Shown: positions 16,988-25,303 of the stretch, in pieces | How the letters are laid out: the number at the start of each line of letters is the position of its first letter | Position numbering within the stretch: position 1 is the first letter of the stretch | Assembly (NCBI GenBank): GCA_963712565.1 | Contig: CAVQIP010000072.1 | Location: 245-64,244, forward strand | Reading direction: 5' to 3' | DNA: 64,000 bases | From: an uncultured Alphaproteobacteria bacterium | GTDB lineage: Bacteria; Pseudomonadota; Alphaproteobacteria; Rhizobiales; Xanthobacteraceae | Notes under the pieces: generated by a model | The model's database searches: none | Seen by the model: only the letters and a program-made list of their open reading frames with translations | Told to the model about the DNA's origin: nothing | Translations under genes and position numbers: made by a program

Positions 16988-17380
16988 ATGGCCACAAGCG
17001 TCAAGCAGATGATGGAAGCCGCCAATGCCGCGGTGCCGCGCCTCACCCCGGCGCAGGCGCGCGAGATGATGGCCAAGGGCGATACCCTGGTGGTCGACGT
17101 GCGCGACGCACCGGAACTGGAAAAGAGCGGCAAGGTCGCCGGCGCCGTGCACGTCTCGCGCGGCATGCTGGAATTCCGCGCCGATCCCGAGTCGCCCTAT
17201 CACGACAACAATTTCAGCAAGGACAAGACGGTCATCCTGTACTGCGCGTCCGGCGGGCGCTCGGCATTGAGCGGCAAGGTGCTCAAGGACATGGGCTACG
17301 ACCGCGTTTACAACCTCGGCGCGTTCAAGGACTGGGCCGAAGGCGGCGGCGCGATCGACCAAGTGAAGCCCGCCCCGTGA
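16988..17380 (+). CDS. Rhodanese-like sulfurtransferase domain protein
   Basis: This 130-aa single rhodanese domain has the active-site loop YCASGGRS. A strong SD AGGAGGAGG precedes ATG 16988. Confidence 0.85.
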   Translation: MATSVKQMMEAANAAVPRLTPAQAREMMAKGDTLVVDVRDAPELEKSGKVAGAVHVSRGMLEFRADPESPYHDNNFSKDKTVILYCASGGRSALSGKVLKDMGYDRVYNLGAFKDWAEGGGAIDQVKPAP

Positions 17381-17608
17381 GAGCGCCGCAAATTTCGAGC
17401 CCGGACCCCGCGCCAGGCGGTGACTACGTTGCGACTACGCTATTGACTACGTAACGTGGCTATGCTACATGAGTTGCAAGTTCCCGTTCCTCGAGCGGGC
17501 GCCCCTCGACGCGAAAATGCGTCGCGGAACGAAACGCGTCGCAGAACAAAGACGCGCGCGTTCTCCGACATCGGGAGATTTTGAGCCGCGAGCGCGGTCG
17601 TCGTGACA

Positions 17609-17819
17609 GCGCCCTCGCCCCACCGGAACTCGGGCTTGCCCGAGTTCCGGCACTCTCTAGAGATTGCCGAAGTCGGATGAATCCGACTTCGGCTGGGGGA
17701 GAGGGCAACTCGATGCATCGATGCACAAGGAGCGGTGAGGGGGCGTTGCATCAAGGCCCCCTCACCCATTCGAATTCGCCGGGCCACCATTGCGCCCTCT
17801 CCCTCGAGGGGGAGAGGGC
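17609..17819. repeat. Composite REP: an E-type element whose first hairpin loop contains a C-type hairpin pair
   Basis: The sequence reads gccctcgcccca[ccggaactcgggcttgcccgagttccgg..gccgaagtcggatgaatccgacttcggc]tgggggagagggc, then ggtgaggggg..ccccctcacc, then gccctctccc-tcga-ggggagagggc. Confidence 0.75.
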
Positions 17820-18158
17820 ACGAAAGGCGGCAGCGGCGCCGTGGGTCGTCAGTTCCATTGTTTTTCATTGTTCTTCACGATGGCGAAGATCGAAAAACGC
17901 TTGCGCTGCCGCGCTTTGTGCTCCCGGCCCCTTGTATTTTCCTTGTTGTTTACAATGGCCGCGGCGGATCGAGCGAGCCGAGTTCGGTCCGTTCGCGTGA
18001 GCCGCCGGCGCGGCAAGAAAGCTCAGCCGGGGTGTTTCCCTGCGCCGCGCCTTGGACTAGCCTTGCCAGCCTAGAACAATTCGCAAATGCAGCGAAAATC
18101 GTCGGCCGATGCGCGATCGGTCGCCGCCGATGTTGCATCCCCAGGGAGACATGCCCCC

Positions 18159-18624
18159 ATGGCTCGAATGAATCTCGACGTGAACGGCAAGGTCCATACC
18201 ATCGATGCCGATCCCGACATGCCGTTGCTCTATGCGCTGCGCAACGACCTCGGGCTCAACAACCCGCATTTCGGCTGCGGGCTGGCGCAATGCGGCGCCT
18301 GCACCGTCCACGTCGACGGCCAGGCCGTGCGCTCCTGCGTCACGCCGGTCTCGGCGGTGAGCGACCGCCAAGGTCGTGACCCTTGCCGGCCTCGGCACGC
18401 CCGACAAGCCGCACCCGATCCAGAAGGCCTATGTCGAGGAGCAGGTGCCGCAATGCGGCTATTGCATCAACGGCTGGATCATGACGGCGGCGTCGCTGCT
18501 CAATCAGAAGAAGAAGCCGACCGACGCCGAGATCAAGGATGCGCTCACCGGCCTCAAGTGCCGCTGCGGCACGCATATGGGCATCATGCGCGCGGTCAAG
18601 CGCGCGTCCGAGATGATGGGTTGA
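18159..18624 (+). pseudogene. (2Fe-2S)-binding small subunit of an IorA/aldehyde-oxidoreductase-type molybdoenzyme, with an apparent 1-nt frameshift
   Basis: The N-terminal cluster (GCGLAQCGACTVHVDG...SC) is in the frame of 18159. The C-terminal cluster (QCGYCINGWI...CRCGTH) is in the frame of 18376. The frames meet at about 18363-18372. Removing one c from ccgcc gives VSAVSDRKVVTLAGLGT. Confidence 0.7.
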
Positions 18625-18635
18625 GGGAGGCGACG

Positions 18636-20939
18636 ATGACCAGACACGAAAAAGCCGCGCAGTTCTCCCGCCGTTCGCTGCTCAAGGCCGGCGGCGCGCT
18701 GGTGGTCTCGGTCGGCGCGCCGATCGGGCTCGACACCGTACTCGGCATCGGCCAAGCCTTCGCGCAAGGCACCTTGGCGCAGGGGGCGAAGCCGCCGCTC
18801 ACTCCCGACCAGCTCTCCTCCTACATCGCCGTCAATACCGACGGCACCGTCTCCGCCTTCTTCGGCAAGATGGACATGGGCCAGGGCCTGTTCGTCGCCA
18901 TCGGCCAGATCGTGGCGGAAGAGCTCGACGTGCCGTTCAAGGCCGTGACCGTGATCATGGGCGACACCGCCACCAGCGTGAACCAGGGCGGCGCCTCGGG
19001 CTCGACCGGCATCCAGAACGGCGGCAAGCAGATGCGCATGGCCGCCGCCGAGGCGCGGCGCGTGCTCGTCGAGATGGCGTCCGCCAAGCTCGGCCTGCCG
19101 GCGGAGGCGCTCACCGTCAGCGACGGCGTCGTGCACGCCAAGGCCGATGCGTCGAAGAAGGCGTCCTATGCCGAGCTGATCGGCGGGCGCTACTTCAACG
19201 TCCAGCTCGACTGGAACAAGCAGATGGGCAATCCGCTCTATGCTCCCGGCAAGGCGCAGCCGAAGGACCCGAAGGACCACAAGATCGTCGGCCAGCCGAT
19301 CGCCCGCGAGGACATCGCGCCCAAGGTCTACGCGCAGGAGGACTTCTGCACCGACGTCAAGGTGCCGGGCATGGCGCACGGCCGCATGATCCGTCCGGCG
19401 ATCGCCGGCAGCGTGCCGGTGAAGGTCGACGACAGCGCGATCAAGGACATCCCGGGCGCCAAGGTGGTGTGGGAGCAGGGCTTCCTCGGGGTCGTCGCCG
19501 ACAAGGAATGGGACGCGATCAAGGCGGCGGAGAAGCTCAAGGTGGAATGGTCGGACGCCAAGCCCCCGTTCCCCGACCAGGCCGCGCTCTACGATCACAT
19601 CCGCAAGGCCGCCGTGCGCAAGCGCGAGATCGGCGGCAAGGAAGCCGGCAACGTCGACGAGGTCTTCAAGACCGCCGCGCGCGTGGTCGAGGCCGAGTAC
19701 GAGTGGCCGTTCCAGTCGCACGCCTGCATGGGCCCGGCCTGCGCGCTGGTCGAGATCAAGGACGGCAACGTCACCTGCTGGACCGGCTCGCAGAAGCCGC
19801 ATTTCGTGCAGAACGGGATCGCCGGCACGCTCGGCATCGCGGCCGACAAGATCCACGTGGTCTGGGTGGTCGGCCCCGGCTCCTACGGCCGCAGCGACGC
19901 CGACGACGCCGCCATGGACGCCGCGGTGCTGGCGAAGGCCACCGGCCGGCCGGTGCGCGTGCAATACACGCGCGCGCAGGCGACCGGCTGGGATCCGAAG
20001 GGCCCGGCCTCCATCCACCGCGCCCGCGCCGCCATCGACGCGTCCGGCAAGGTCATCGCCTACGAGTTCACCAGCAAGGGGTTCTCGCGCATCGACGTGC
20101 AGACCAACGGCAGCAAGCCGCCGGACACGCTGGCCGGTCAGCTGCGCGGGGTGCCGCTGGTGATCAACGACGGCTTCGGCGTGCCCGCCGAATCCTACGA
20201 GTTCGCCAACAAGCGATTGGCGTGGGAGACCATCGCGCCGCTGCTCGACCGCGGCTCGCCGCTGCGCAGCGCGCATCTGCGCGATCCGGTCGGACCGCAG
20301 ATCCACTTCGCCAGCGAGTCGTTCATGGACGAGCTGGCGGCGGCGCTCGCCCTCGACCCGGTCGAGTTCCGCCTGCGCCACGTCAAGGATGCGCGCGACA
20401 TCGCGGTGATCAAGGCCGCGGCCGCCAAGGCGGGCTGGCAATCGCGGCCGTCGCCGCGGCGCGACCAGACCGGCAACAAGGTCAGCGGCCGCGGCATCGC
20501 CTATTCGCAGCGCAACGGCACGCGCTGCGCCATCGTCGCCGAGGTCGACATCGACCGCGCGAGCGGCAAGATCTGGGCGCGCAAGTTCACCGTCGCCCAC
20601 GACTGCGGCCAGATCATCAATCCCGACGGGCTCAAGCACACCATCGAGGGCAACATCGTGCAGGGCGTGAGCCGCACGCTGTGGGAGGAGGTCAAGTTCG
20701 ACGGCAAGAACGTCACCACGGTCGACTGGATGACCTATCCGATCCTCGACATCACCGAGACGCCGGAGACGATCGACACCGTGCTGATCAACCATCCGGA
20801 GCTCGCGCCCACCGGCGCCGGCGAGCCGTCGATCCGCCCGGTGGCGGCGGCGATCGCCAACGCGATCTTCGACGCCACCGGCGTGCGCATCCGGCGGGTG
20901 CCGTTCTCGCCCGACCGGGTGAAGCAGGCCCTGTCGTAA
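18636..20939 (+). CDS. Molybdopterin-binding large subunit, isoquinoline 1-oxidoreductase beta (IorB)/membrane-bound aldehyde dehydrogenase family, with Tat signal
   Basis: ATG 18636 follows GGGAGG. The Tat signal is SRRSLLKAGGALVV. The 767-aa length and blocks such as MGQGLFVAIGQIVAEEL and GAGEPSIRPVAAAIANAI are typical of IorB-like proteins. Confidence 0.9.
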   Translation: MTRHEKAAQFSRRSLLKAGGALVVSVGAPIGLDTVLGIGQAFAQGTLAQGAKPPLTPDQLSSYIAVNTDGTVSAFFGKMDMGQGLFVAIGQIVAEELDVPFKAVTVIMGDTATSVNQGGASGSTGIQNGGKQMRMAAAEARRVLVEMASAKLGLPAEALTVSDGVVHAKADASKKASYAELIGGRYFNVQLDWNKQMGNPLYAPGKAQPKDPKDHKIVGQPIAREDIAPKVYAQEDFCTDVKVPGMAHGRMIRPAIAGSVPVKVDDSAIKDIPGAKVVWEQGFLGVVADKEWDAIKAAEKLKVEWSDAKPPFPDQAALYDHIRKAAVRKREIGGKEAGNVDEVFKTAARVVEAEYEWPFQSHACMGPACALVEIKDGNVTCWTGSQKPHFVQNGIAGTLGIAADKIHVVWVVGPGSYGRSDADDAAMDAAVLAKATGRPVRVQYTRAQATGWDPKGPASIHRARAAIDASGKVIAYEFTSKGFSRIDVQTNGSKPPDTLAGQLRGVPLVINDGFGVPAESYEFANKRLAWETIAPLLDRGSPLRSAHLRDPVGPQIHFASESFMDELAAALALDPVEFRLRHVKDARDIAVIKAAAAKAGWQSRPSPRRDQTGNKVSGRGIAYSQRNGTRCAIVAEVDIDRASGKIWARKFTVAHDCGQIINPDGLKHTIEGNIVQGVSRTLWEEVKFDGKNVTTVDWMTYPILDITETPETIDTVLINHPELAPTGAGEPSIRPVAAAIANAIFDATGVRIRRVPFSPDRVKQALS

Positions 20940-20967
20940 ACGTCACGACGTAGGGACTCGCCGCTGG

Positions 20968-21074
20968 CTCGGTGTGCTCCCTCTCCCCATTTGGGGAGAG
21001 GGTCGGGGTGAGGGGGTTACAGGACTCTCGATAGACCTTAACCCCTCTCCCTATGGGAGAGGGAGCGCACCGAG
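20968..21074. repeat. REP-like element, E-type
   Basis: It reads ctccctctcccc-attt-ggggagaggg ... ctctccc-tat-gggagag, flanked by ctcggtg/caccgag. Confidence 0.85.
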
Positions 21075-21105
21075 TGCGTGGCTCAGTCTGTGGTACACTT
21101 CTGCT

Positions 21106-21915
21106 ATGATCTGCTCCCTCGATCAGGCACTCGCCCCCATCACCGACGGCTGCGTGCTGGCGGTGCCGCGCGAGGTCTCGGGCGTGGCCATGGCGGCGAC
21201 GCGCGCGCTGATCCGCCGCGGCGTCAAGCGGCTGCACCTCGTCGCGCTGCCGACCTCGAGCCTGCAGGCCGATCTCCTCATCGGCGCCGGCTGCGTCGAG
21301 ACGATCGAGACCTCGGCGGTCAGTCTCGGCGAATTCGGGCCGGCGCCGCGCTTCACCGCCGCCGTGATGGCGGGCACGATCGCGGTGAAGGACGCGACTT
21401 GCCCGGCGCTGCATGCGGGCTTCCAGGCGGCGGAAAAAGGCGTTCCGTTCATGCCGCTGCGCGGGCTGCTCGGCTCCGACCTGCTCGCGCACCGGCCGGA
21501 CTGGACGGTGATCGACAACCCGTTCGGCAACGACGATCCGATCGTGCTGCTGCCGGCGATCAGGCCCGACGTCGCCCTGTTCCACGCCCCGCTCGCCGAC
21601 CGCGACGGCAATGTCTGGATCGGCCGCGACCGCGAGCTCGCCACCATGGCGCACGCCGCGGCGAAGACCGTGGTGACGGTGGAGAAAGTCCACGACGGCA
21701 ATCTGTTCGACGATCCCCGGCTCGCCGCCGGCGCGCTCGGCGGTTTCTACCTCGAGGCCATCGCCGTCGCGCCGCAAGGGGCATGGCCGCTGGCGCTCGC
21801 CGACCATTATCCGGCCGACGCGACGCACATGACCGACTACGCGCGCCTGGCGGCGACGGCCGAAGGCTTTGCCGCCTATCTCGACCGCCACGTGCATGCC
21901 CAGCGCGCCGCGTAA
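21106..21915 (+). CDS. CoA-transferase subunit A (glutaconate CoA-transferase GctA-like, family I)
   Basis: ATG 21106 (MICSLDQALAPITDGCVLAV). The length and the blocks AGTIAVKDATCPA, GVPFMPLRG and ADRDGNVW resemble GctA-type alpha subunits. Confidence 0.8.
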   Translation: MICSLDQALAPITDGCVLAVPREVSGVAMAATRALIRRGVKRLHLVALPTSSLQADLLIGAGCVETIETSAVSLGEFGPAPRFTAAVMAGTIAVKDATCPALHAGFQAAEKGVPFMPLRGLLGSDLLAHRPDWTVIDNPFGNDDPIVLLPAIRPDVALFHAPLADRDGNVWIGRDRELATMAHAAAKTVVTVEKVHDGNLFDDPRLAAGALGGFYLEAIAVAPQGAWPLALADHYPADATHMTDYARLAATAEGFAAYLDRHVHAQRAA

Positions 21916-21930
21916 CAGCTCTATCCACTC

Positions 21931-22013
21931 ATCATGCGCGGGCTTGACCCGCGCATCCACGTCGTTCGTTGCGCGGAAAAGACGTGGATGGCCGGACCAA
22001 GTCCGGCCATGAC
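21931..22013. repeat. REP-like element, B-type (atgcgcggg..cccgcgcat, ccacgtc..gacgtgg, atggccgg..ccggccat)
   Basis: Read directly. It sits between the two CoA-transferase subunit genes and contains both candidate start codons of the B subunit. Confidence 0.85.
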
Positions 22014-22758
22014 GGCGGGAGAGAGCATCCGCGAGGAAGAATTCCTAGCCAACACCATCGCCGGCCTGATCGGCGATGCCCGCCACGTCGCCGTCGGCAA
22101 CGCTTCTCCCATCCCGGCGGCCGCCGCGTTGCTGGCGCGCGAGCGCGGCCACGGGCGGCCGTATGTGTCGCTGCTCGGCAGCCGGCGCCAAAACTTCTTC
22201 ACCGACGGTGGGCGCGAGCTGTTCGACTGCGCCGGCCAGGGCCGCATCGACGCGTTCTTCCTTTCCGGCGCGCAGATCGACGGCGAGGCCAACATCAACC
22301 TGGTCAGCGTCGGCGACTACGCCCATCCCAAGGCGCGCTTTCCCGGCTCGTTCGGCTCGGGCTACCTGTACTATGTCGTGCCCAAGGTGATCCTGTTCCG
22401 GCTCGAGCACACGCGCCGCACGCTGGTGGAGAAGGTGGATTTCATCAGCGCCGCCGGAACGAGCCCGGACAACGTCCATCGCCCGGGCGGCCCGTGCGCG
22501 CTCATCACCACGCGCTGCCTGTTCGCCTTCGACCGGAGCCGGCGGCGCTTTACGCTCGCGAGCGTGCATCCCGGTCACACGGTTGCCGAGGTGGTGGAGA
22601 ACACCGGCTTCGACTTCGATTGGAGCGCAGATGTACCGGTGACGGCGGCCCCTTCCCCGGAGGAGCTCCGCCTGCTGCGGACGGTGGTCGCCCCGCAGCT
22701 CACCGAGGTCTATCCGCGCTTCGCCGCCGAGGTGTTCGGGATCGCGCAAAGCGTTTAG
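22009..22758 (+). CDS. CoA-transferase subunit B (GctB-like)
   Basis: MTAGESIREEEFLANTIAGLIGDARHVAVGNASP..., with the GAQIDGEANINLV block typical of GctB-type beta subunits. ATG 22009 (alternative 21988) lies inside the B-type REP. Confidence 0.75.
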   Translation: MTAGESIREEEFLANTIAGLIGDARHVAVGNASPIPAAAALLARERGHGRPYVSLLGSRRQNFFTDGGRELFDCAGQGRIDAFFLSGAQIDGEANINLVSVGDYAHPKARFPGSFGSGYLYYVVPKVILFRLEHTRRTLVEKVDFISAAGTSPDNVHRPGGPCALITTRCLFAFDRSRRRFTLASVHPGHTVAEVVENTGFDFDWSADVPVTAAPSPEELRLLRTVVAPQLTEVYPRFAAEVFGIAQSV

Positions 22759-22768
22759 CCATACTCGG

Positions 22769-22842
22769 TGTCGTCCCCGCGCAAGCGGGGACCCATAATC
22801 ACCGACTCTGGAATATGGGTCCCCGCTTTCGCGGGGACGACA
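22769..22842. repeat. REP-like element, A-type
   Basis: The sequence is gtcgtccccgcgcaagcggggacccataatcaccgactctggaatatgggtccccgctttcgcggggacgac. Confidence 0.85.
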
Positions 22843-22935
22843 CGATATAAAGACCATTTGCAGACCACGCGCCGGCATGGTCTTTATGCGCCGCGCGGCC
22901 GGTCCGGGCCGACAAGACGCTCAAGGGGTACACTC

Positions 22936-24012
22936 GTGAACCAAGTCGAAGTCGCAGTGATCGGCACCGGCTGGTGCGGCGGCATTCGCGCGGAGACGCT
23001 GTCGCGCTCCGCGCTGGTGGACAAGCTCCACATCTGCGAAATCCGCCCCGACCGCCTGGCCGAGGTCAAGGCGCTCACCAAGCCGGCGACGGCGACGCTC
23101 GACTATCACGACATCATCAGGAATCCGAAAATTTCGGTGGTCTATGTCTGCACCACGCCGGAGCAGAACCACTACCCGATCACCCGCGACTGCCTCAAAG
23201 CCGGCAAGCACGTGCTGCTGGAGAAGCCGATCGCCATGGAGCTGTGGGAGGCGGACGAGCTGATCACGCTGGCGAGGCGCGCAAAACTCAAATTCACCAT
23301 CGGCTATTCGCAGCGGTTCAATCCCAAATTCGCCTATGCCAAGAAGAAGATTACCGACGGCACGCTCGGCAAGGTGGTCTCGGTGATGGTGAGCCGGCAT
23401 CTGAGCCGCGGGCTCGGCGCCAAGATCGCCAAGCGGGTGAAGCTTTCGCCGGTGGTGATGGAGTCCACCCACGATCTCGATTTCGTGTTCTGGCTGCTCG
23501 AGCCGGCGAAGCCGGTGCGGGTCTACTCGCAGGGCGCCTACGGCTACATGCAGCCGATCAACGGCTCCTACGACGTCATGTGGTCGCTGGTCACCATGGA
23601 CAACGGCATGCTGGTGGCGATCGGCGGCGGCTGGAACCTGCCGCCGGGCTACCCCAATTTCTGCTCGACCTGGGTCGAGATCACCGGCACCGAGGGCGCC
23701 CTGATCCTCGACGACACCCATCGCGAGGCCTGGCTCAACACCGTGGCCGACGGCACCCGCTTTCCCATGTCGACCATGCCGGGCGAGCAGGTCGACCACG
23801 TGTTCGCGGGACAGATGGGGCCGGAGACCATCCACTTCCTGGAGGCCTGCATCATGGACCGGCCGGTGATGGTGACGCCGGAGAGCGCGCGCATGGTGAT
23901 GGAGGCCTATACCGCCGCCGATCTAAGCGCCGAGCGCAACGAGCCGGTCGACCTGCCGCTGTCGAACGCGGCGCTGTCCGCGGTCGCCGAAATGGTGGGG
24001 GGCAAGCGATGA
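22936..24012 (+). CDS. Gfo/Idh/MocA family oxidoreductase
   Basis: GTG 22936 (VNQVEVAVIGTGWCGGIRAE) gives the Rossmann N-terminus. The EKP motif (VLLEKPIA) is present. The C-terminal alpha/beta domain is typical of the family. Confidence 0.8.
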   Translation: MNQVEVAVIGTGWCGGIRAETLSRSALVDKLHICEIRPDRLAEVKALTKPATATLDYHDIIRNPKISVVYVCTTPEQNHYPITRDCLKAGKHVLLEKPIAMELWEADELITLARRAKLKFTIGYSQRFNPKFAYAKKKITDGTLGKVVSVMVSRHLSRGLGAKIAKRVKLSPVVMESTHDLDFVFWLLEPAKPVRVYSQGAYGYMQPINGSYDVMWSLVTMDNGMLVAIGGGWNLPPGYPNFCSTWVEITGTEGALILDDTHREAWLNTVADGTRFPMSTMPGEQVDHVFAGQMGPETIHFLEACIMDRPVMVTPESARMVMEAYTAADLSAERNEPVDLPLSNAALSAVAEMVGGKR

Positions 24013-25124
24013 GACGACAGGCGAAAAGCATCGGGCTCGCCATCATCGGCGCCGGCCGCGTCGGGCTGTTCCGCGGCGAGGTCGCGGCGCGCCACCCGGC
24101 GGTGCAGTGGATCGGCATCGCCGAGAAGAACCACAATCGCGGGCTCTACGTCGCCGAGAAGATCGGCGCCGATTTCGTCACCGCGGACTATCGCGAGCTG
24201 CTCAAGCGCCCGGAGGTCACCTGCGCCATCGTCGCCACCGACGAGCATCTCCACGTCGGCCCGATCATGGCGACGGTCGAGCGCGGCGTGCCGATGCTGA
24301 TCGAGAAGCCGCTCGCCACCGATCTCGGCGAATCCGCGCGCGTGCTCAAGGCGATCACCGACGCCAAGCTCGACGCGGTGGTGGGCTACACCCAGCGCTT
24401 CCGCCGCAAATGGCTCGGCGCCAAGGAGAAGGTGCGCACCGGCGCGCTCGGCGACGTGACGCTGGTGACCTCGCGCGCGTTCATGAACCGGCTGGTCGCC
24501 ATCGACAATTACAAGCGCACCGACGACCCCAAGACGATCTCGCCGATGGTGATCTCGGGCACGCACGCGCTCGACATCGTGATGTGGTACATGGAAACCA
24601 AGACCCCGGTCGAGTGCTACGCGCGCTCGATCGACAAGGTCCTGGGCCCGACCTACCAGGGCATCGATGCCACCGCCGGCATGATCATGTTCGCGGACGG
24701 CAGCGTCTATCACCTCAACATTTCGTGGGCGCTGCCGGTGACCTGGCCGGGCGCGGTCTACAGCCTCGAGGTCGGCATCAACGGCACCGAGGGTGTGCTG
24801 ACCATCGACGACACCCATCGCGACATGGTGCTCGCGGTCTCGGCGCCGCAGGAAGAAGGCTACGCACCGGACAAGAGCCGGCTGGTCGATTTCATGGGCA
24901 GCTATCCGCCCGGCGACATGGCGCTCGGCGAGCTGCGCGGCCCGATGCGGGAGGAAACCGAGTCCTGGCTCAACCGGATCGCGCTCGACCTGCCGACGCA
25001 GGCGGCGACCGCGGCCGAGGCGCACAATCGCCTGATGCTGACCAAGGCGCTCGATCTCTCGGCCAAGCGTAAGCAGCCGGTGAAGCTGCCGCTCGAACCC
25101 GGCGAGGAGCGCGCCGCGGCGTGA
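24009..25124 (+). CDS. Gfo/Idh/MocA family oxidoreductase (second paralogue)
   Basis: ATG 24009 overlaps the upstream TGA (ATGA). GLAIIGAGRVG and MLIEKPLA motifs are present. Confidence 0.85.
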   Translation: MRRQAKSIGLAIIGAGRVGLFRGEVAARHPAVQWIGIAEKNHNRGLYVAEKIGADFVTADYRELLKRPEVTCAIVATDEHLHVGPIMATVERGVPMLIEKPLATDLGESARVLKAITDAKLDAVVGYTQRFRRKWLGAKEKVRTGALGDVTLVTSRAFMNRLVAIDNYKRTDDPKTISPMVISGTHALDIVMWYMETKTPVECYARSIDKVLGPTYQGIDATAGMIMFADGSVYHLNISWALPVTWPGAVYSLEVGINGTEGVLTIDDTHRDMVLAVSAPQEEGYAPDKSRLVDFMGSYPPGDMALGELRGPMREETESWLNRIALDLPTQAATAAEAHNRLMLTKALDLSAKRKQPVKLPLEPGEERAAA

Positions 25125-25143
25125 GTAGCTGAGCGCGCAGCAA

Positions 25144-25266
25144 ACTGAGTATGCTCCCTCTCCCATAGGGAGAGGGGTGGGGTGAGGGGTTAAGGTCTCT
25201 CGATAGGCTTCGAACCCCCTCACCCCAACCCTCTCCCCAAGGGGGAGAGGGAGCGGACCGAGTCAG
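25144..25266. repeat. REP-like element, E-type
   Basis: It reads ctccctctccc-ata-gggagagggg / ggggtgaggggtta..aaccccctcacccc / ccctctcccc-aa-gggggagaggg. Confidence 0.85.
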
Positions 25267-25303
25267 CCTCAGAGATATCCAGAAACGCGACCGGGAGAAA
25301 CGA

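Noticed and set aside
17443-17470. TTGACT ... TATGCT/TACATG as a sigma-70 promoter
   Set aside because: The spacer to the better -10-like hexamer is only about 12 nt, and the 17-nt-spaced hexamer (TACATG) is poor. There is no nearby downstream gene, since the next CDS is about 700 bp away behind a REP cluster.
16400-18380. Programmed ribosomal frameshifting as an explanation for the split COG0523 and 2Fe-2S subunit genes
   Set aside because: No X-XXY-YYZ slippery heptamer and no obvious downstream pseudoknot or SD-like stimulator occur at either junction. Simple indels, or sequencing errors in gcgcgcgcg and ccgcc tracts, are more parsimonious.
18087-20939. A single 950-aa ORF that appears to fuse the 2Fe-2S subunit with the molybdopterin subunit
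   Set aside because: The middle part (about 18372-18635) translates to non-homologous Arg-rich sequence. The real C-terminal half of the small subunit is in another frame (18376..18624). The large subunit has its own SD, ATG (18636) and Tat signal. The fusion is an artefact of the frameshift.
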